Origin: Minisyncoccota bacterium
Lineage (GTDB): Bacteria; Patescibacteriota; Minisyncoccia; UBA6257
Assembly: GCA_028695015.1 (NCBI GenBank)
Contig: JAQVJR010000001.1
Location: 255,297 to 319,296 of the forward strand
Direction of reading: 5' to 3'
DNA length: 64,000 nucleotides
A program made the translations under genes and the position numbers. Shown here one piece after another: positions 59,019-64,000 of this stretch. The notes below the pieces were generated by a model, which worked only from the letters and a program-made list of their open reading frames with translations, was not told the origin of the DNA and did no database searches. The stretch's first letter is position 1, and each line of letters opens with the position of its first letter.

Positions 59019-59624
59019 ATGAAAAAAATAGATATAATATTTTTTATTTCAATTTTTATTGTTTCTTGGCTTGTTTTTGGCAAAATGGCTCAATTTTCAA
59101 ATGTTTTTATTCGTTGGGGTTTTGGGACAATACCTTTATTGCTTTTCATTCTTTATCCAATTTTTATAACTTTTAAAAAAAGGGAAAAATTTTCAAAAAT
59201 AGGGCTTACTTTTAAAAATTGGTTAATGGCGATTATTTGGGGAGGAGGGGTAAGCTTGTTTATTATTATTTTAAATAAATATTTTGTGTTTAATGAACCG
59301 TTGGCTTATTTTGATAATTTAGGCATGGGAATTGTTTATTGGGGATTCTTGTCATTTTCCCAAGAAATTTTTTTTAGAGGACATTTACAAACTAATCTAG
59401 AAAAGCAATATGGTAATTATTTGGGAGTAATTTTAGCTGCTTTAATTTTTGCTTTTTGGCACATTACAATTCGTTTCTATCCAGGATGGATGTCATTTCC
59501 TCCATTATTAAAAGTTTTTTCCGTAGGGTTATTATGGGGACTATCTTTTCAAAAAACAAAAAACCTAATTGCTCCTTGTTTGTCTCATTTTTTAGTTGGG
59601 GTTTTTTTAAGTAATTATTTTTGA
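59019..59624 (+). CDS. CPBP-family (CAAX/Abi-like) intramembrane metalloprotease
   Basis: EEIFFRGHLQ (EExxxR) and FAFWH motifs. Start at ATG 59019 preceded by a TATAAT box. Confidence 0.6.
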   Translation: MKKIDIIFFISIFIVSWLVFGKMAQFSNVFIRWGFGTIPLLLFILYPIFITFKKREKFSKIGLTFKNWLMAIIWGGGVSLFIIILNKYFVFNEPLAYFDNLGMGIVYWGFLSFSQEIFFRGHLQTNLEKQYGNYLGVILAALIFAFWHITIRFYPGWMSFPPLLKVFSVGLLWGLSFQKTKNLIAPCLSHFLVGVFLSNYF

Positions 59625-59892
59625 TTTTAAATCTTGCGCATGCTAATGGTGAATACTAATGGTGAGTTAAATAATATAAGAAAACGATTAAATAAATGCT
59701 TTCAAGTAAATAGTCAGGGATTATTTTAATTAGAAAATACAGTAGTTAAAATTTATAATAAACTAAAGGGAGTCATTGTTAAAGAAATAAGAAAAGAGCA
59801 CAAAAAATTAAACAATTGCTTCACAAGGATAGTTTTAAAAAATAATTTTAATTGATTAGGCTCTTATTTGATCAAACCTATCATATTAATTT

Positions 59893-60657
59893 TTAGGTTG
59901 TTCTTTTATTTATTTTTATTAAGATTAAACTACCAATGATTATAATAATCAATGAGGCAAATTGAGCATAGCTTAAAGTGTTATACCATGCGTTACCTTG
60001 AAAAATGAATCCTGTATTATAACGAAAATATTCTATAAAAAACCTAGCAAATGATTGAATGATGCTACCTATCAAAAACAAAGAACCATCTCGTAGTTTG
60101 GTTTTATTGGAATAAAAATAAAGGCACAGAAGAATTATAAAATAACTAAAGGCTTCATATAGTTGTGTAGGATGTCTAAAAAGATTATCTCCCAAAGATG
60201 GAAAATTTATAGCCCAAGGTACGTTAGTAATTATTCCATAACAACATCCATGTAAAAAACAACCAATTCTTCCAATTGCATGACCTGATAATATTCCAAA
60301 GATAAGCGCATCCAGCCATTTTTTTATGTTTTCTTTGTTTTTTCTTAAAAATATAATAAAGGCCAAAGTGCCTATAATAAATGCTCCTTGCCAGCTAAAT
60401 CCTCCTTTCCAAAAATAAAACATTCTTAAAGGGTCTTTGAGATAAAAATTAAGATTTAATAAAACATAGCAAATACGAGCTCCTATAAAGCCACTAATAA
60501 TTGTAACAATTGTTGTATATTTAGCTTTATGGCTATTAAGGTTTTTCCTTTTTGCTTGTTTTAAAAAAACTATTCCTCCGATAGCAATACCCAAAATCAT
60601 AAAAAGCCAATAGAACTCTATAGCAAAATTATTAAATTGAAATAAAATAGGATACAT
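59893..60657 (-). CDS. lgt: Prolipoprotein diacylglyceryl transferase
   Basis: MYPILFQFNNFAIEFYWLFMILGIAIG N-terminus and conserved Lgt H/Y/G motifs. Start set at ATG 60657 to avoid tRNA overlap. Confidence 0.8.
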   Translation of the reverse strand: MYPILFQFNNFAIEFYWLFMILGIAIGGIVFLKQAKRKNLNSHKAKYTTIVTIISGFIGARICYVLLNLNFYLKDPLRMFYFWKGGFSWQGAFIIGTLAFIIFLRKNKENIKKWLDALIFGILSGHAIGRIGCFLHGCCYGIITNVPWAINFPSLGDNLFRHPTQLYEAFSYFIILLCLYFYSNKTKLRDGSLFLIGSIIQSFARFFIEYFRYNTGFIFQGNAWYNTLSYAQFASLIIIIIGSLILIKINKRTT

Positions 60658-60664
60658 GTTTATG

Positions 60665-60748
60665 TGCCTAGGGTGGGACTTGAACCCACAAGGCCTTGCG
60701 GCCAATAGATTTTGAGTCTATCGCGTATGCCAATTCCGCCACCTAGGC
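60665..60748 (-). tRNA. tRNA-Leu(CAA)
   Basis: Reverse complement: acceptor GCCTAGG/CCTAGGC, anticodon stem ATAGA/TCTAT, loop CTCAAAA, long variable arm. Confidence 0.8.
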
Positions 60749-60869
60749 AATTCAGTATTTAGTATACAGTATTTAATGTTTAAAATTCAAGGTTTAAAGG
60801 TTTATTAAAAGCCATTGTTTTGTTATAATGAAGAAAGATTTTAAAATTTAGCTCAATAAAATTGTATAG

Positions 60870-61670
60870 ATGTCAGAAATTATTGCTATTTGTAATCAAA
60901 AAGGAGGAGTAGGAAAAACAACGACAACAATAAACCTAGGTGCTTATTTAGCTGCTTTTGGAAAAAAAGTCTTGTTGATAGATTTTGATGCTCAGTCTAA
61001 TACTACTTCTGGTTTAGGTTTTGATTATAAAAAATTGCAAAAAACAATTTATAATGTTTTAGTTTCTAATAGCCCTTTGGAAGAAATAATTTATAAAACA
61101 TCTGTTTTTGGTTTGCATCTTTTACCAGCTTCACCTGACTTAATAGGCGCTCAAGTAGAATTAGATCATTTTATAAATAAAGAATTTAGGTTAATGCAAA
61201 TCTTATCTCCGATAAAACAGCAATATGATTATTTATTAATTGATTTACCACCTTCTTTAGGAGTTTTAACAATTAATGGATTAGTGGCAGCTGATCAGGT
61301 TTTAATTCCTATTCAAACAGAATATTATGCCTTAGAAGGATTATCTCAATTGATAACAACTATAGATTTAATTAGAAGAAATTTAGAAAAAGATTTACGT
61401 ATTCTAGGGGCCATTTTGACTTTATATGATAGAAGGAATAGATTAGATAGAATGGTTGCTAAGCATATTCGTCGTAATTTCCCTGGATATGTTTTTGATG
61501 TAGAAATTCCAAGAAATGTTAGTTTGGCAGAAGCTCCTAGTTTTGGTAAACCAATTATCCAATACAATTCTTTTTCTGATGGTGCTCGTGCTTATCGTCA
61601 ATTAGCTCAGGAATTAATTAAAAAAACAGAACAATCAATTAATGATAATTTTAGTATAAATAATAAATAA
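60870..61670 (+). CDS. parA: ParA/Soj chromosome partitioning ATPase
   Basis: Deviant Walker A ICNQKGGVGKTTTT. 266 aa. Confidence 0.85.
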   Translation: MSEIIAICNQKGGVGKTTTTINLGAYLAAFGKKVLLIDFDAQSNTTSGLGFDYKKLQKTIYNVLVSNSPLEEIIYKTSVFGLHLLPASPDLIGAQVELDHFINKEFRLMQILSPIKQQYDYLLIDLPPSLGVLTINGLVAADQVLIPIQTEYYALEGLSQLITTIDLIRRNLEKDLRILGAILTLYDRRNRLDRMVAKHIRRNFPGYVFDVEIPRNVSLAEAPSFGKPIIQYNSFSDGARAYRQLAQELIKKTEQSINDNFSINNK

Positions 61671-61688
61671 AAGCTTAAATACATATTT

Positions 61689-62864
61689 ATGGATGAACAA
61701 TATACATTTGGGCAAGGGCTTAGTGCTTTAGTGCCACCTAAAAAAGATTCTCTAGGTAATCAATCAAATGATAATCTGTTTAAAAATCAAGATTATAAAG
61801 AAGCAACTGATGATGCCTTAGAAGAAAAAATCAGTGAGAAAATTAATAATACTTTTAATAATTTTCCTCAAGAGATAACATCACCTTTAAATGGCATTAA
61901 AAAAGATTTTCAAGAAGATTTTCAATCCATATCTACAAGAGAAGATACAGAAAAAACCGATAATGTTTTACAAAATCAAGAAGTTTTAAAAACTAATAAT
62001 ATTTTGCAAGACCAAGAAATTCAAACAGATAAACCCTTGATAGAAGAAAAGATTTTTTACATTGAAGCTGAAAAGATAAAGCCTAATCCTCAACAGCCAC
62101 GAAAACATTTTCCTGAAGAATCCCTTAAAGAATTAGCAGATTCTATTAGAGAATTTGGTATTTTAGAGCCCTTGGTGGTTATTAGGACAGAACAAGATAC
62201 AGCAACTGGAGCTAAGGTTGAATATGAATTAATAGCTGGTGAAAGAAGATTAAAGGCATCTAAAATGTTAGGATTGCCAACTGTGCCAGTAATTATTAGA
62301 AAACCCTTAGAAGAACAAAAAAAGCTAGAATTAGCCTTAATAGAAAATATTCAACGTGAAGATTTAACTCCTATATCTAAAGCTAAGGCTTTTGCTCGTT
62401 TAATAGATGAATTTGGCTTAACTCAACAATCTCTAGCAAATAGAATAGGAAAAAGCAGGGAATCTATAGCTAATGCCTTACGTTTATTACAATTATCTTA
62501 TGAAGCACAAAGTGCTTTAGAGCAAGGAAAAATTAATGAAGGTCATGCACGAGCTATTCTTCTATTTAATAATCCAGAAAAAAGAAGAGTGTTCTTAAGA
62601 GAAATCTTAGCTAAAAATCTCTCTGGTCGTGAGGCCTTAGAATTAGCTCAGCATTATTTAAGTTTAGATAATAGACAAGAAACGGTTTCTCGCAGACGGA
62701 GTATTTCTTTAAATCCAGAAGATATAGAATTAAAAGAAAAACTGGAAAATCTTTTACAAACTCCAGTGATTATTAAAAAGAAAGGGAATCAAGGGGCGAT
62801 TGAGATAAAGTTTTTCTCTCAAGAAGATTTAAATAAAATTTTAAACAAGTTTTTTCCCCTTTAA
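61689..62864 (+). CDS. parB: ParB/Spo0J partition protein with ~130-aa low-complexity N-terminal extension
   Basis: ParB box GERRLKAS, HTH (QQSLANRIGKSRESIANALRLL). Confidence 0.75.
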   Translation: MDEQYTFGQGLSALVPPKKDSLGNQSNDNLFKNQDYKEATDDALEEKISEKINNTFNNFPQEITSPLNGIKKDFQEDFQSISTREDTEKTDNVLQNQEVLKTNNILQDQEIQTDKPLIEEKIFYIEAEKIKPNPQQPRKHFPEESLKELADSIREFGILEPLVVIRTEQDTATGAKVEYELIAGERRLKASKMLGLPTVPVIIRKPLEEQKKLELALIENIQREDLTPISKAKAFARLIDEFGLTQQSLANRIGKSRESIANALRLLQLSYEAQSALEQGKINEGHARAILLFNNPEKRRVFLREILAKNLSGREALELAQHYLSLDNRQETVSRRRSISLNPEDIELKEKLENLLQTPVIIKKKGNQGAIEIKFFSQEDLNKILNKFFPL

Positions 62865-64000
62865 TACATCTTGAATCTTTTTTTTAGTTTCATTCATTTT
62901 TACAAATCCTAACCAAGAAGAAGAAGGCTTTTTGCCTTTTTTTATTACTATTTCCACGATTTCTCCAGATTGTAGATTATAATCCAAAGGAACTAATTTT
63001 CTATTAACTAAGGCTCTAATTGCTTGATTGCCAATATCAGTATGAATTTGATAGGCAAAATCAATAGGTGTGGCTCCATCAGGCAGGTCAATAATATCTC
63101 CCTTAGGGGTTAAGACAAAAATTCTGTCTTTAAAAAAATCTACCTTTAGGGCATTTAGGAAATCTTCTGATTGATAAAAGGTTTTTTGCCATTCTCTTAA
63201 TTGATTAATCCAATAAAAATTCTTAGGAGGACAAAAAGACCTTCTTTTTTTATATCCCTTTGTTTGTTTTGCAGAACTATACAACCAATGAGCAGCAATT
63301 CCCCATTCAGCTTCTTCATCCATTTTCAGGGTTCTAATTTGAATTTCTACCATGCGACCATCTTTAGCAAAAACTGTTGTGTGTAAGCTTTGGTAGCCAT
63401 TTGGTTTAGGTAAGGCTATGTAATCTTTAAAACGCCCTGGTACTGGTTTCCACATTTGATGGATAGCGCCTAAGGCGGCATAACATTTTTCCACATCTTT
63501 CATTATTATTCTCATAGCCACTAAATCATATATTCTCCTAATATCCATTTCTTCTTTTTGAAGCTTTCTCCAAACACTATACAAGTGTTTAGTGCGGAAT
63601 TTTATTTCTTTTGAATTTAAATTATTTTCTTCAAGTTTTTTCTTGGTTAAAGGAATTAAGTTGCTAAGGTATTCTTTTTGTTCTTCTCTTCTTTTGCCTA
63701 ATATTTTACGAGTTAATTTGTATTCTTCTGGGAATACATAAGGGAAAGCCAAATCTTCTAATTGTGAGGCAATATCAGTCATGCCTAAGCGATAAGCTAA
63801 AGGAGCTAGAATATCTAAAGTTTCTAAAGACTTCTTTCTTTGTTTTTTAGAAGATAAAGACCAAAGAGTTTTCATGTTATCTAAACGATCAGCTAATTTG
63901 ATGATAATGATTCTTAAATCTTTGGCCAAGGCTAAAATCATATTTCTAAAATTCTCTTTTTCAGCAATAGTGTCTTCTTGTTGGCTTTTGTATTTAATTT
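62841..64000 (-). CDS. RelA/SpoT-family (p)ppGpp synthetase/hydrolase, 3' part (N-terminus beyond the window end)
   Basis: End of HD domain (IIIKLADRLDNMKTL), synthetase domain (YQSLHTTVF...VEIQIRT) and TGS-like C-terminus. Reading frame stays open to nt 64000. Confidence 0.75.
   Translation of the reverse strand, partial: IKYKSQQEDTIAEKENFRNMILALAKDLRIIIIKLADRLDNMKTLWSLSSKKQRKKSLETLDILAPLAYRLGMTDIASQLEDLAFPYVFPEEYKLTRKILGKRREEQKEYLSNLIPLTKKKLEENNLNSKEIKFRTKHLYSVWRKLQKEEMDIRRIYDLVAMRIIMKDVEKCYAALGAIHQMWKPVPGRFKDYIALPKPNGYQSLHTTVFAKDGRMVEIQIRTLKMDEEAEWGIAAHWLYSSAKQTKGYKKRRSFCPPKNFYWINQLREWQKTFYQSEDFLNALKVDFFKDRIFVLTPKGDIIDLPDGATPIDFAYQIHTDIGNQAIRALVNRKLVPLDYNLQSGEIVEIVIKKGKKPSSSWLGFVKMNETKKKIQDVLKGKKLV

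Noticed and set aside
59625-59892. 268-nt ORF-free gap between the convergent CPBP and lgt genes, with a short CTAATGGTGA direct repeat
   Set aside because: No hairpin, promoter or conserved motif that I could support, so it is not listed as a feature or finding.
1-64000. Possibility of an alternative genetic code (UGA recoding as in some CPR lineages)
   Set aside because: Long conserved proteins (ValRS, PNPase, RecG, FtsH, PilB) read through uninterrupted under the standard code with normal lengths, so there is no need for stop-codon reassignment.

Overview
This is a 64 kb AT-rich bacterial segment, roughly one-third GC by eye. It looks like a small-genome Patescibacteria/CPR-type organism, based on short aminoacyl-tRNA synthetases and IF-2, tRNA genes without encoded CCA, a split transketolase and many small secreted or membrane proteins. 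Long conserved ORFs read through cleanly under the standard genetic code. The window is mostly a housekeeping island. It carries ValRS, ArgRS, GlyRS and MetRS, IF-2, S15, L19 and an S1-like protein. RNA-turnover genes are PNPase, RNase J, RNase Y and the CCA-adding enzyme. Other core genes are RecG, RecO, FtsH, HtrA, TsaD, UppP, Lgt, SecG, HU, ParAB and a truncated RelA/SpoT. There is a type IV pilus block (pilM-N-O-pilB) with ComF, and a small sugar-phosphate operon (split transketolase, PfkB kinase, DhnA-type aldolase). I read 19 tRNA genes, including all five Leu isoacceptors. The most notable items are listed here. (1) A tRNA gene, probably tRNA-Phe(GAA), is interrupted in the anticodon loop by a ~237-nt group I intron with clear P1/P2/P7/P9/P10 pairings and Azoarcus-like IC3 core motifs. 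(2) A tRNA-Ile has a UAU anticodon. (3) An ~80-nt promoter-hairpin-U-tract module occurs twice, each copy just before a second promoter and a lipoprotein gene. (4) An accessory islet with different composition encodes Cys/Thr-rich secreted proteins next to a CPBP intramembrane protease. (5) Three tandem VirB2/TrbC-like pilin paralogs are present. (6) A NYN-domain protein sits between rpsO and pnp. No rRNA, CRISPR array, transposase or integrase was seen.
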